From sequence record NC_027399.1: a stretch of DNA of 64,000 bases; one strand, written 5' to 3'. The notes under the pieces are model-generated. The model searched no databases and had not been told where the DNA came from. It saw only the letters and a program-made list of their open reading frames with translations. Of the stretch, positions 45,465 through 56,314 are shown one piece after another; within the stretch, counting starts at the first letter, position 1; the number at the start of each line of letters is the position of its first letter. The position numbers and the translations under genes were made by a program.

Positions 45465-48400
45465 TTAACCAGACACTTGAATATTAAATGTCATATTAGT
45501 AGTCGGTGCAACATCAACATATATAGTAACTGTAGTTCCAGAAACAACCGTCCAATATTTTGTTGGGCCACTATATGTTCCTTGTGGGGTTACTTGAACA
45601 GAAAATGCAGAAATAGAACCAATAAAAGTTGATGATAAATCATATCCAATACTAGTTTGACCAGCAGGAATTGACCATTGATTTCTATAAAAAGAATAAT
45701 CTCTTCCAGTAGATGTATTAATTACATTTGATAACATTTTCATCGTTATGGATGTTGCAGTTACTGGTGTCGTTGTTCCATCAAATTCGGTATTAGCTAT
45801 TTTCAATTTATTAATTGATGTTGAATTTCTAGCATATATTTTTTTAATTATGCCATAACAATTAGTCATAGATAAATTAACTAAATTGTTAAATGTCCCA
45901 ATAGTATAATTTGTTGTCGAATTAAATTTACAATTATTAAAACTAACTCTAGTATTTGATGTATATTCGTTTTGACCAATATAGTCAACAACCGCACTAT
46001 TACCTGTTATAGTTGAATCAAATTGACAATTATCAAATGATATATCACGCAATACATATGTTAACTGTAATCCAGTCGTTGGTAATGTAAACTTACAATT
46101 AATATATTTTAATGTCTTACCATCTTTAAACACAGTATTAGATTGATCATTACTTACATCTATTCTACCAAAATGACAATCTCTATATACATCAAACAAT
46201 TGTGAATTTATTTGTGAATATGCATTTGGCATTATAATATTTTCAGCAACCCAATATGTTTGTACTATATTAGATGAATTTGGGTATGTATATACCAATG
46301 GAACACCACTAGTAGTGTCAAGTGAATATCCATTTGACACTTTCATATATTCACATGTACCAAGTGGTGAAATTATACCACCTACATTTTTTCCAACTTG
46401 AAAATTCTTGATATCAAAATGGACACAATCACCATTAACTACTACAATAACAGCATATCCAGGAGTTTGAGTTTGTTTAAAAGTCAATCCATCAATACAA
46501 AAATAATCATTAAGACCAATTGTTTGTGATGATTTAACAACTGCACATGCATGACTAGCAATAGAATTATTTGGATTAACTCCAATAGAATCAATCATCA
46601 TATTTTTAAATAAAATATTTTTATTATTTCCACCACCATTCCCAGAAATATAAAATAAATGTTCACCTATATTATCTGCATATATTCCATCTAATACAAT
46701 ATTAGATATATTATTACCCCATTGACTTCCACAATATAAAGAATTAACCATAGTAGTATTTTGAAAATATACAAACGTTGAATTATTTCCCAATCTCCAA
46801 TTTATCACTCTACCATACCAAGGATTCGTTCCTGATGTATCAATAATATTACTTCTATTACCATCAGTATATAATCCTGATACGGTAGAATAACTTAAAC
46901 TGTTAAAACGAATCATATCGCTATCTAATGGAGTTGCTCCATCAGGTAATTTAAATATAGTTCCATCAAATTTAAAAGTCATACCTTTTAATGTAGGTAT
47001 TACTACTGTTGTTATTAAAATTGTTCCAGTTGGTGTTATATATGTCATTCCAGACGTTAATGAATTAACTTCACTTTGCATTAGTGCTGTTTGATCTTGT
47101 GTTGAATTTGGTATTAATTTACTTATCAATACTTTACTATCAGTAAATTGTTTTTTTATATTATCTATTTCTGCTTGAACACTTAGACCACTTGAAGTAC
47201 CTACAATGCTAGATCCATTATTTGATGATAATAGTACTGAATTTACTTTATTGTTAAGAGTTTGCTGTAAATTGTTTCCATCAGATGTACCAACCATTAA
47301 TGAACCAGTATTTGATGATAAATCAGATTTACTAACAAATTGACCATTAGCAGTTTCATAAGTCAAATATGGATTAGTATTAAGAATTAATTTTCCTAAT
47401 ATTGCAACTAAATTATCTCCAATATTCAACGAACCATTAAGATCTATGTATTGACCATTATAAGTATAATGTCCTAATTCGATATTTTGTAATACACCAT
47501 TAATAAAAATATTAATACTTCCAAAATTATATGGAACAAAAATTCTGTTAATATTATCACTAGTTGCGGTATATGTCCAAGTAATAACATCTTTATTGGA
47601 GTCCAATTTATAAAACGGAGTAGAAGGTACATTTCCTAATGTACCAATACCAGACCAGACTGTACCATCTACCGGATATAACCAGTACTGATTTATTGTT
47701 GAAGTATTACCTGCTTTCCAAATTTTTAATGATCTTCGTGGTAATCCAAATGCTACTTCAATACTAGGTAAATGTGGTTGCCATTTTAAATTAATACCCT
47801 CAGCTTTTAATGAATCTTTTAATAAGTTCAATTCAGTAATTGATGCATAAGAACTTAAATCAGCTTTAGTAACTATATTGTCATCTTGTATAGGAGAATT
47901 ATATACAATAACGTGTATATCATCACCTTCTTGTAGTGGTGAACTTAATGTTACTTCTGTTCCATTTAAATCATAAGCTCCATTATCTGGATTTTGTAGA
48001 ATACCATTAATAAAAACCTGTAATTCACTAAAATGGAAATAAGGAATATTTATTTTATTACTGTTATTTACATCATCAATTACACTATTATACTCGGTAT
48101 TAATATTGTCAATTAAATTTAAACTATCCAAGAAAACTAATACTTCATCTCCTGCAAAAAGCTTACTTACGAATGATAATGTATTTCCTGATATTGTATA
48201 ATGTGTATCATATTGTAAAACCCCATTAATATATACAACTGGATCTATTATTGTACCTGTTATAGTAAAATCAGTTTGGTCTTGTATTGCTACTGCTGTG
48301 TAATTAGGCACAATCTTATCATTACTTAATACAAATATATTATCATCTTGTTGCATTGAAGAATTCAATGTAATAGTATTGTTTACTATTGTAAATGAAT

Positions 48401-49046
48401 TTGGGTATTGTAAAACACCATTTATGAATAAGTAATTACTATTTTTTTCATATGGTAAAATAATAGTTGTTTGATTATCTAATGCAGTACTAATATATTG
48501 TGTGTTAGTTGTATTATCTGAATCTTCACCAACAACAATATAAACATTATCACCAGCTTGTAGAGAATTCGAGAATGTTACAGTACCACCAAATGTTTGA
48601 TATGATATACCAGGATATTGCAAAATTCCATTAATATAAATTATTGCTTTTTTGAAATCCAAATTAGGAACAGTAAAAACAGTTTGTCCGGCTGATGCAA
48701 TTGAACTCCATGTGACGGTTGTTTTAGTAGAATCAAATATAGTAACCCAGTCAGAATCATTACTATTATTAACCACTCGCATCATAAGTTTAACTGGTGC
48801 TGAATTATTATTTTCCCAATCACCTGTGTTAAAAGATAGCATCCCAGCAACATTATCTTGTTTTCCAAAATTTGTCACTAATGTATTACTAGCAAGATCA
48901 GTAGTACTTGAATTATCAATTTCATTAATTGTGAATTTACCTTCAGGCATATTTTTAGAATCTGGTAATTTTTCATTATCAAATTTCACACCACCTTTAA
49001 GTGTAGCATCAACCGCTGATAGTGAGCCTTTAAATTTAAATGCCAT
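45465..49046 (-). CDS. Large branching/scaffold tailspike with five docking-type repeats and a beta-helix depolymerase domain, 1193 aa
   Basis: Five repeats (F..P...I.INGxLQ...Y...G......L..GD); [12 protein letters not shown] module; DQTALMQ..V...Y...GT..I head of a beta-helix. Confidence 0.87.
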
Positions 49047-49088
49047 GTCATAATTCCTTTTAAATTAAAAATCTATAAAGTATTTAAT

Positions 49089-49120
49089 AAAAAATAAAGC
49101 CCAAGCTGGGCTTTATTTTT
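49089..49120 (-). terminator. Terminator between tailspike genes
   Basis: TAAAGCCCA-agc-TGGGCTTTA with A/T flanks. Confidence 0.75.
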
Positions 49121-49126
49121 AATCTT

Positions 49127-50881
49127 TTATGCACCTCTAATATAAGCTTGTATTTGTCTATTTCTTGTATCCATAGATACTAAGTTGATAGTAATAGTAG
49201 AACCATCAGATGTTGTACTAACAGATACTTGAACCCCAGTAGGTGTATTTGTACTTGGACCCCATACATTGTCTGGATATGTATCTAATTTCGATGATAT
49301 CATATTAATTACGGGTACGGTGCTTTCCCATGAACACAATAGAGGTACTGTAAAATATTCAGCTCTTCCACCTATAGTATCTCTTGCTGATATCTCAAGA
49401 ACTATTTTTTGTGGAATCATATATTGTGTCATTGCTGGTCTGCTTAATGATAATGTTAATGTTCCATTTGATGCTGCTGGCGGTAATGTTCCAGTAGATG
49501 TATTCCCCATTTTAACCAAACCAGATGATTTTTGATATGTCCCTGTATTAACTATATCAGGTAAACCATAGTTTCCGGTTATTACTTTATTAGCTATAGT
49601 TACTTCTTTCATATAGCCTAAGTTTCCACCCGAAAACGAATTTCCTGAAGCAATAAGGATTTTTCCAGTACCACCAGCACATATAATATCATAATCTGGT
49701 GTTAATACACCAGTACCACCGTCATCTACACCAGAAGTAAATCTATTACCATTTAATAAAATTATCCCAGAATCATTAATTAATATATTAGCCCCATTAT
49801 TTGTATTAGAGGATATTCTTCCGTTTCGTTGTATTGAGCAGGTTGTAACTGATACACTTGCACCATCGGCAACAGTAATTCCTGCATATCCGTTACGGTC
49901 AATCAATTCCCCAGTAATTACATTACCTACTGATTGATAAAAATAAAAACCATCGGTTCCATTCCATTCTACTCGGCACCCAACCCATGCATTATTATTA
50001 GCTCCTGTTCGCATCGCAATGCCACGAGAGACTTGTGCATTTATTGTACAATCGACTGCACGAGAGTCAATCCAGTCTTGCATTGCTGTATTATTACCAC
50101 TAAAATTACAACCACGAGCATAAACGGTTGCTACATACCCACTAGTTCTTCCTAAACCAATACCCCATCTATAAAATCCACATTTTTCGAATCTACACCC
50201 AGAAACTTGTGATGTAGCATTCATAGAACCCACTGTGTTGTTTCTACCATCAAATACAATATTGTCGAAAGTATGTCTCCCTGAAAGAACAAAAATACCA
50301 GGCGAACCAGATGCTAATCTAATAACAGTACCGCAATTATTAAATGATGCATCATTCGAAACAGTGTATGGTTTTCTACTTTGACCATACATATTGAATC
50401 CTGATGGTAATGTACATACATTACTATGTACATATATACCTTTAGATGGTGGATAATAAATTGACATTAATCCAGAATTTATTGCTTTTTGTAAAGCATA
50501 ATCAACATTAATTTCAATCCCAACTACATTTTTTATGTTGTAAATATCATCAGATGTCATAAAATTATATATAGAATTTGCGGTTGTTGTTGAAGTAGAA
50601 ACAGAAATTTTTCTTAATGTTAAAGTGCCATTAGTAGTTAATACAGTCATAATTTCGCCAGTACTATCTATACTCCATGATGAAATTGTTCCAGTTTCTA
50701 AACTTGAAATAGTTCCCCATATATATTGAGTATTTGGATCAATAAGAAGTTTTAAACCATTAACTGAAAGATTTTGTTTTATAAAATCTATTTCAGAATA
50801 ATTTATTGAATAAGTTTTAGATAAAATTTCTCTAGCGATTTCAGTAGAAGTTGAACCTTTAGGTTGTATAAAATTTCCCAT
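49127..50881 (-). CDS. Tailspike / putative capsule depolymerase (QPKGS type), 584 aa
   Basis: FIQPKGS; ALQKAIN..IYYPP..G.Y; beta-helix repeats. Confidence 0.87.
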   Translation of the reverse strand: MGNFIQPKGSTSTEIAREILSKTYSINYSEIDFIKQNLSVNGLKLLIDPNTQYIWGTISSLETGTISSWSIDSTGEIMTVLTTNGTLTLRKISVSTSTTTANSIYNFMTSDDIYNIKNVVGIEINVDYALQKAINSGLMSIYYPPSKGIYVHSNVCTLPSGFNMYGQSRKPYTVSNDASFNNCGTVIRLASGSPGIFVLSGRHTFDNIVFDGRNNTVGSMNATSQVSGCRFEKCGFYRWGIGLGRTSGYVATVYARGCNFSGNNTAMQDWIDSRAVDCTINAQVSRGIAMRTGANNNAWVGCRVEWNGTDGFYFYQSVGNVITGELIDRNGYAGITVADGASVSVTTCSIQRNGRISSNTNNGANILINDSGIILLNGNRFTSGVDDGGTGVLTPDYDIICAGGTGKILIASGNSFSGGNLGYMKEVTIANKVITGNYGLPDIVNTGTYQKSSGLVKMGNTSTGTLPPAASNGTLTLSLSRPAMTQYMIPQKIVLEISARDTIGGRAEYFTVPLLCSWESTVPVINMISSKLDTYPDNVWGPSTNTPTGVQVSVSTTSDGSTITINLVSMDTRNRQIQAYIRGA

Positions 50882-50890
50882 ATTTTAATC

Positions 50891-53230
50891 CTATTTTTGT
50901 AATTGTTTTTCAATTCTATCAAGTTTTCTACGCTGATAGGCCATTTCCACTGCTAAACACTCTTCCATTCTGAGCATATATATTTCTCCCTCGGCTTTAT
51001 ATGGAGATAATACATTACCATTTTGATCATATGTTTCTTCTGATTCTATCCATGATTCATAAGTTATTAAGCCATAATCTTGCCAATTTAATCCTGCATT
51101 TTCTAACACTGATTTAATTTTTTGTGCTATATACCCAACATGCCATCTTGCATCGGTTATCCCTTTTACATTGATTGCAGCTTTCATTTTCCACATATTA
51201 AATTCAACATTTTCCCATGCATCAAGAAGTTCATCTGGTATTTTTTGTATATTGGATTTGTAATTTTCATCTGAAACAACAGTTACTGGATTTTGAACAT
51301 ATAAATTGTTAACCGTCAATGATGGTGAACCTATTGAATAAACAGATGTTGTTGTTGGTGTTATTGCATTACTACCAAAGACCCATTCTTGTGAACCATT
51401 AAATGAACGTATATATAATCTTCCTGAGCTATCAACCAAAATCCTAGCCATTGATGTTGTTTTGTCACCATTAGAATAAAAATCAATACTTTTTGAACCG
51501 GCGGTTCCGTTATAAATTCCAAGCTGAATACTACCATTGGTTTTTATTTGTCCGGTATTAGTAAAAGACAAAATATCTGTAGGTGTAACACTATAATCAG
51601 TTGATGTAGTGTAACTGACAACCAATTCACCATTATCATTCACAGTTAATATATGATTTTTATTGCATATATTTTTATTCGAAATTGAAATCTTTGAAGT
51701 TATATTTCTATTTGTATATGTATTAAATGTGCAATTAATTACCAAATAAGAATCATCCAGTACAGTTGCGGTGTCTGAATCGATATTATACGATGGTCCT
51801 TTATTGTATGTGTTAAGACTGTAATACGGGTTAATAAAATGGTTATTATCAAAAATGATGTTTTTACTGTTTCCTGTTATTTTAATTGATTTAACGTCAG
51901 TACTTGAATAAGCAGTTAAGCGATTCGTTGTTACTTGGCGGCAATTTTTGAAATTTATATTATAACAAGCTTCGATATAACCTAATCGATAATTGGTATC
52001 AACTGCCGAACCATTTTGTGAAAATATAGTTCCATAAAAATTAACATTAAAACAGTTTTTTAAATTATAACATTTAGCTTTTAAATTATGAGTTTCTATA
52101 TGCCCACCAAATACATTTATTGCATGATGTGGATAAGTACTATTAATTGATGAAGCATTGAATAAAATTGCATTATCAGCATTCGAGGTTTCAATTGTTG
52201 GTCTAATAAACGTTATTTGGTTTGAATCATCTCCACTACCATCACCAGTTGTACCACCATTTGCTGGGCCAGTATAAACTTCAAAAGTAAATCCATAAGA
52301 AACATCAGATGTTGATTGCATATTTGAAATATTTTGTATAAAGATATCTTCAAAAGTACTATCAAATAATAAATTAGCTACTACACCTCGTGCAAATCCA
52401 GAAAAACCTACACAACGCCAATTACTATGTACCACTGGCAGCCAGGCAGTTGAACTTCCTAGTACTGCACCAGTTTGATATGAAGCACCAGATCTAAATC
52501 CAATATTAATTAAATTTATTTTACATTGTGTTGCAGTAAAAGCATTTTGACCTTGTGTAATTGGTTGTAGAACAGTAGAAGTCATACCAGAACCAATTAA
52601 AGTATAACATGTACTCAAAGATCCAGTACTGTTTAAATATTTTGTGAATTTCATTTCAGTACTGTACTGAAAAACTCCAGGAGGAAAAACGATTGGCATT
52701 ACACCGTACATTTGTGAATTCACCGCTGTTTGTGGAATATATGATTGTACATAAGAAATAGCAGCATCCAATGCAGGAGACCAATCCCAAGTTTCCATAT
52801 CATTTAAATTTGGTTTACTTGTAATTAAATGTTGGAATTCCATAATAGACACAAAATTGCTATTCATATAACCAGCAACTGATTCGATTGATGATAAAGA
52901 ATCATTAATTTTTTTTCTTTGGTATCCTATTTTAAGGGAAGTATCTGGATTACTTAATCCTATTTTTAATAAAGTATAAGTACTGAAATCAGTGGTTAAT
53001 ATCAAATTACCATCACTATTCAGATTCCATGTTTGTGGATTTCCTTTAGCATTCCCAACATAAAAAACCATCTCAGAAATAGGATCAAAAACAACAATAT
53101 ATGTATCAATTAATATTTCAGTACTTAAATATTCAACTTCGGAAAATTTTAATCCCAAACTTAATGCTATGCTATTTTTATTTGTTTCTTTAGAAACAGA
53201 GCCTTTTGGTTGAATTAATCCGTTTATCAT
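50891..53230 (-). CDS. Tailspike / putative depolymerase with a C-terminal S74 intramolecular chaperone, 779 aa
   Basis: LIQPKGSVSKETN; SDENYKSNI...W...HVGYIAQ...YGL...LR.EE.L coiled end. Confidence 0.88.
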   Translation of the reverse strand: MINGLIQPKGSVSKETNKNSIALSLGLKFSEVEYLSTEILIDTYIVVFDPISEMVFYVGNAKGNPQTWNLNSDGNLILTTDFSTYTLLKIGLSNPDTSLKIGYQRKKINDSLSSIESVAGYMNSNFVSIMEFQHLITSKPNLNDMETWDWSPALDAAISYVQSYIPQTAVNSQMYGVMPIVFPPGVFQYSTEMKFTKYLNSTGSLSTCYTLIGSGMTSTVLQPITQGQNAFTATQCKINLINIGFRSGASYQTGAVLGSSTAWLPVVHSNWRCVGFSGFARGVVANLLFDSTFEDIFIQNISNMQSTSDVSYGFTFEVYTGPANGGTTGDGSGDDSNQITFIRPTIETSNADNAILFNASSINSTYPHHAINVFGGHIETHNLKAKCYNLKNCFNVNFYGTIFSQNGSAVDTNYRLGYIEACYNINFKNCRQVTTNRLTAYSSTDVKSIKITGNSKNIIFDNNHFINPYYSLNTYNKGPSYNIDSDTATVLDDSYLVINCTFNTYTNRNITSKISISNKNICNKNHILTVNDNGELVVSYTTSTDYSVTPTDILSFTNTGQIKTNGSIQLGIYNGTAGSKSIDFYSNGDKTTSMARILVDSSGRLYIRSFNGSQEWVFGSNAITPTTTSVYSIGSPSLTVNNLYVQNPVTVVSDENYKSNIQKIPDELLDAWENVEFNMWKMKAAINVKGITDARWHVGYIAQKIKSVLENAGLNWQDYGLITYESWIESEETYDQNGNVLSPYKAEGEIYMLRMEECLAVEMAYQRRKLDRIEKQLQK

Positions 53231-53259
53231 TACATTAACCTCAATTTACAATATACTAA

Positions 53260-53298
53260 TATTTATAATAAAAAAGCCCCCATAAGGAGGCTTTTTTT
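53260..53298 (-). promoter_or_regulatory. Late promoter TATAAATA abutting a terminator
   Basis: TATAAATA 53260-67; imperfect hairpin AAAAAGCC...GGCTTTTTTT 53271-98. Confidence 0.7.
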
Positions 53299-53299
53299 A

Positions 53300-55966
53300 T
53301 TATAATGATATTTGCCAATATATAGTAGATGCATCTAAATTATTAGAACTTGTTATAGTGAAAGATACACCATTAACGATATTAGAAATTGATAATGTTC
53401 CTATATTAGAAGATGATAATATTCTTTTAAGATCTATATTAGATACATATCTTAAAGTGCTCGCTGTACTAGATGTAGATAATTTAACAGCAGATGTATT
53501 AATGGTGGCAGTGCCTGCTGTTAATGTTACCATACCAGATGTTGGTGCGGTTGTTGAATTTATATCTAAAGTGTTGTTATTTAACATTGGTGACAATGGC
53601 TGTGATGAATATCCACCCAACAAATACCATAAGTTCCCATATCCTGCCATATTAGTATTTTTAACACTAACTAGTTCTGGTCTAATACCAGACGAGCCTC
53701 TAAAATATAAACATCTTGTTTGAATCGTACTGTAAGGAAAATCACAATTGTCAATATAAAGTGAAAATTGATTTGCAGGATCTGAATTAGAGCCACAATC
53801 GACACATGCACTTGAATTATCAATTCCTCTTGAATTTATAATCCTTCCGCCCAACATAGCATATCCATATTGATTGTTAAGAGCTTCACAATCTTCAATA
53901 TTTCCACCTTCCCATACTAAACTGAATCCGTTTCTACCATTATTAGTTGCTTTGCACCCAATGAGTCTAGTATTGATCGCACCGTCACCCTGACCGAATC
54001 CATCTAATGTTGAATAATCAGCCAAACAATTAATATATTTTACATTTCTTGCTCTTATTTGGAATCCATCATCACCAGATTTATATGCACGACAATTTGA
54101 AAATGTTATATTTCTTCCAATATCATGAGTATCAAAACCTGACAATGTTGACGACGTTGAAGTACAATCATTTATTAATATACCATTTGGTTCTCCATAT
54201 ATGGATGACCAATTTATAGAAACTCCATGTCTACAATCATCAAAAAAGCATTTATCAACAGTAACTTCTTCTGAATATCCTAAGATTTCTACACCATACC
54301 ACCCCTGATGATATGCATTACAATTTTCAATTAATACATTTCTACAACTGTTTATTTTTAATGCAGTTCTTCCGCTAACATCACCTGTGTATTTTTCTTT
54401 AGAACCATATAATTGTGTATTTTTAATAACGATATTATCACAATATACCATATTCATTGTTATTGGGAATAACGTAGTATAATTGATATTATTGAATGTT
54501 AAACCATCAATATTTACATTTTTCACAATATCCATTTTAGAAATTAATGTATTATCACTTATTGTAAAATCATAAAGGGCAATTTTATCAATATATAATT
54601 GATTAGCATCAATCTTCGTTATTTGTCTCATTATTCCAATTTTAACACCTTGAGCATTAACCCCTTCAACCAATTTTTCAGAACGAATTTCTACATAATC
54701 ACCAACTGAAAATTTAGATGCATCAGTAACATTAACAATAAAAGATGAACTAGACACGTCACTTGTTAATGTTGTTGTTATTGTAGTTGATACTGAACCA
54801 GAACAAATCAGACCTTGAATCGTTGGTCCAGATGGGAAAAGGAAAACATCTTTATTAAAATATAAATTTGTATTACTTTTTATAGTTAGTGCTTTAGTTA
54901 AAGTTAAATTAGAATCAAATCTCAACGATACGTTACCAGTAGATAAAAATGTATTAATACCATCAATAGTAGTAAACCATGATGATAATGCTGGACCAAT
55001 ATATCTTCTTTTAATCCTTTTATTATTAATGACGAAACATGTTCCACCATCTTCAACGGTAATGGTGTCATTATTGTCATAATAAAAATAACCAGCACCC
55101 TCCGTTGTGTTTAATGTTTTACCACAAACGAAAATCTCATTAATTTCATCCCAATTTATATTTTTTATATCTGAATAAATTATTTTAGATATACTATTAC
55201 TATTATATAATATATCAAATTCTTCTTGTATAGAATTTCCAGATTTAGTATTAATATATGAAGATGCATTTACATCCAATAATTCTTGTTTTAAAACATA
55301 TTCATCACTTTGGATAATAATATCACCAAGCATTATAATAATTTCGTCATCTTGATATAATTCTTCAGAAAAAGTGATGATTCTATCAGCACCAATACTA
55401 TAAGCAGTAATGGGATTCTGCAAAACACCATTAATATAAACAATTGCAGTACTGAAATCATATGGCACTTGAATTGTTGTTTGGCCTTGCATTGCATTAG
55501 CTGTATAAATTCTATTAAGTTTATCATTAGTACTGATATTCGGATTGCCAATAAAAACATATAATAAATCACCAGCTTCTAATTCAGTAGTGAATGTTAA
55601 TGTGCTACCAGATACGGTGTAATTCAACCCAGGTAATTGAATTGAACCATTAACAAATACAGTTATAGTACTGAATGTGAATGGAATATTAAAATCAGTT
55701 TGACCATCAGTTGCTGATGCAGAATATGTTTTAATACTTGCATTAAAATTCGGAGTAATTTTTTCAAAACCAGTACTGGTTTCGGGATTATTACCAAGGA
55801 CACCAACCCCATTCCACACTGTACCATCAGTGTATAACCAATAATCATCTGATGTTGCAGTAGTACCAGATTTCCACATTTTTAATGAATTTTTAGTTAG
55901 TCCATAAGCAACTTCAACAGTAGGTAGATGTGCGTTCCAGTCCAGAGTTAAACCCTCTGTTTCCAT
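53300..55966 (-). CDS. Tailspike / putative depolymerase with two docking-type repeats, 888 aa; lacks its N-terminal anchor because of an upstream frameshift
   Basis: AHLPTVEVAYGL module, two INGxLQ-type repeats, beta-helix. Confidence 0.85.
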   Translation of the reverse strand: METEGLTLDWNAHLPTVEVAYGLTKNSLKMWKSGTTATSDDYWLYTDGTVWNGVGVLGNNPETSTGFEKITPNFNASIKTYSASATDGQTDFNIPFTFSTITVFVNGSIQLPGLNYTVSGSTLTFTTELEAGDLLYVFIGNPNISTNDKLNRIYTANAMQGQTTIQVPYDFSTAIVYINGVLQNPITAYSIGADRIITFSEELYQDDEIIIMLGDIIIQSDEYVLKQELLDVNASSYINTKSGNSIQEEFDILYNSNSISKIIYSDIKNINWDEINEIFVCGKTLNTTEGAGYFYYDNNDTITVEDGGTCFVINNKRIKRRYIGPALSSWFTTIDGINTFLSTGNVSLRFDSNLTLTKALTIKSNTNLYFNKDVFLFPSGPTIQGLICSGSVSTTITTTLTSDVSSSSFIVNVTDASKFSVGDYVEIRSEKLVEGVNAQGVKIGIMRQITKIDANQLYIDKIALYDFTISDNTLISKMDIVKNVNIDGLTFNNINYTTLFPITMNMVYCDNIVIKNTQLYGSKEKYTGDVSGRTALKINSCRNVLIENCNAYHQGWYGVEILGYSEEVTVDKCFFDDCRHGVSINWSSIYGEPNGILINDCTSTSSTLSGFDTHDIGRNITFSNCRAYKSGDDGFQIRARNVKYINCLADYSTLDGFGQGDGAINTRLIGCKATNNGRNGFSLVWEGGNIEDCEALNNQYGYAMLGGRIINSRGIDNSSACVDCGSNSDPANQFSLYIDNCDFPYSTIQTRCLYFRGSSGIRPELVSVKNTNMAGYGNLWYLLGGYSSQPLSPMLNNNTLDINSTTAPTSGMVTLTAGTATINTSAVKLSTSSTASTLRYVSNIDLKRILSSSNIGTLSISNIVNGVSFTITSSNNLDASTIYWQISL

Positions 55967-56220
55967 TTTTTCTTTTAATTTGCTGTATATAACCGGAACC
56001 CAAGCAGTATCTGAAATACCACCATCAGTATTTGGATTATTAGTACTGGTAATATGAGGTAATGTACCTTTCCATACATATCCAGTTTTAATTGAAGTTA
56101 CTGGATCTGTATAATATAAAATTTGGTTGTTTGATACTAATCGTTTGTTAATAACAAAGTCACCAGCATCAATTAGTGCACCTGAAATATTTGTTGCAAA
56201 CTTAAATTGTTCAATGACAT
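55967..56220 (-). pseudogene. Frameshifted 5' part of the 888-aa tailspike
   Basis: SD GAGGT plus ATG 56220 gives MSLNNLS.. and stops after 15 codons. The -1 frame encodes NQILYYTD..GYVWKGTLPH..TDGGISDTAW, continuous with METEG. Confidence 0.8.
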
Positions 56221-56253
56221 ATTAAACCTCATCTAAAAGTTTATGTATAGTAT

Positions 56254-56281
56254 TATTTATGATGCACATTAGAACTAAATA
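56254..56281. promoter_or_regulatory. Back-to-back divergent late promoters
   Basis: CATAAATA on - (56254-61) and CTAAATA on + (56275-81). Confidence 0.6.
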
Positions 56282-56314
56282 CATGAAAGCAAATGCAAAC
56301 TAAGAGGTTTTGAC

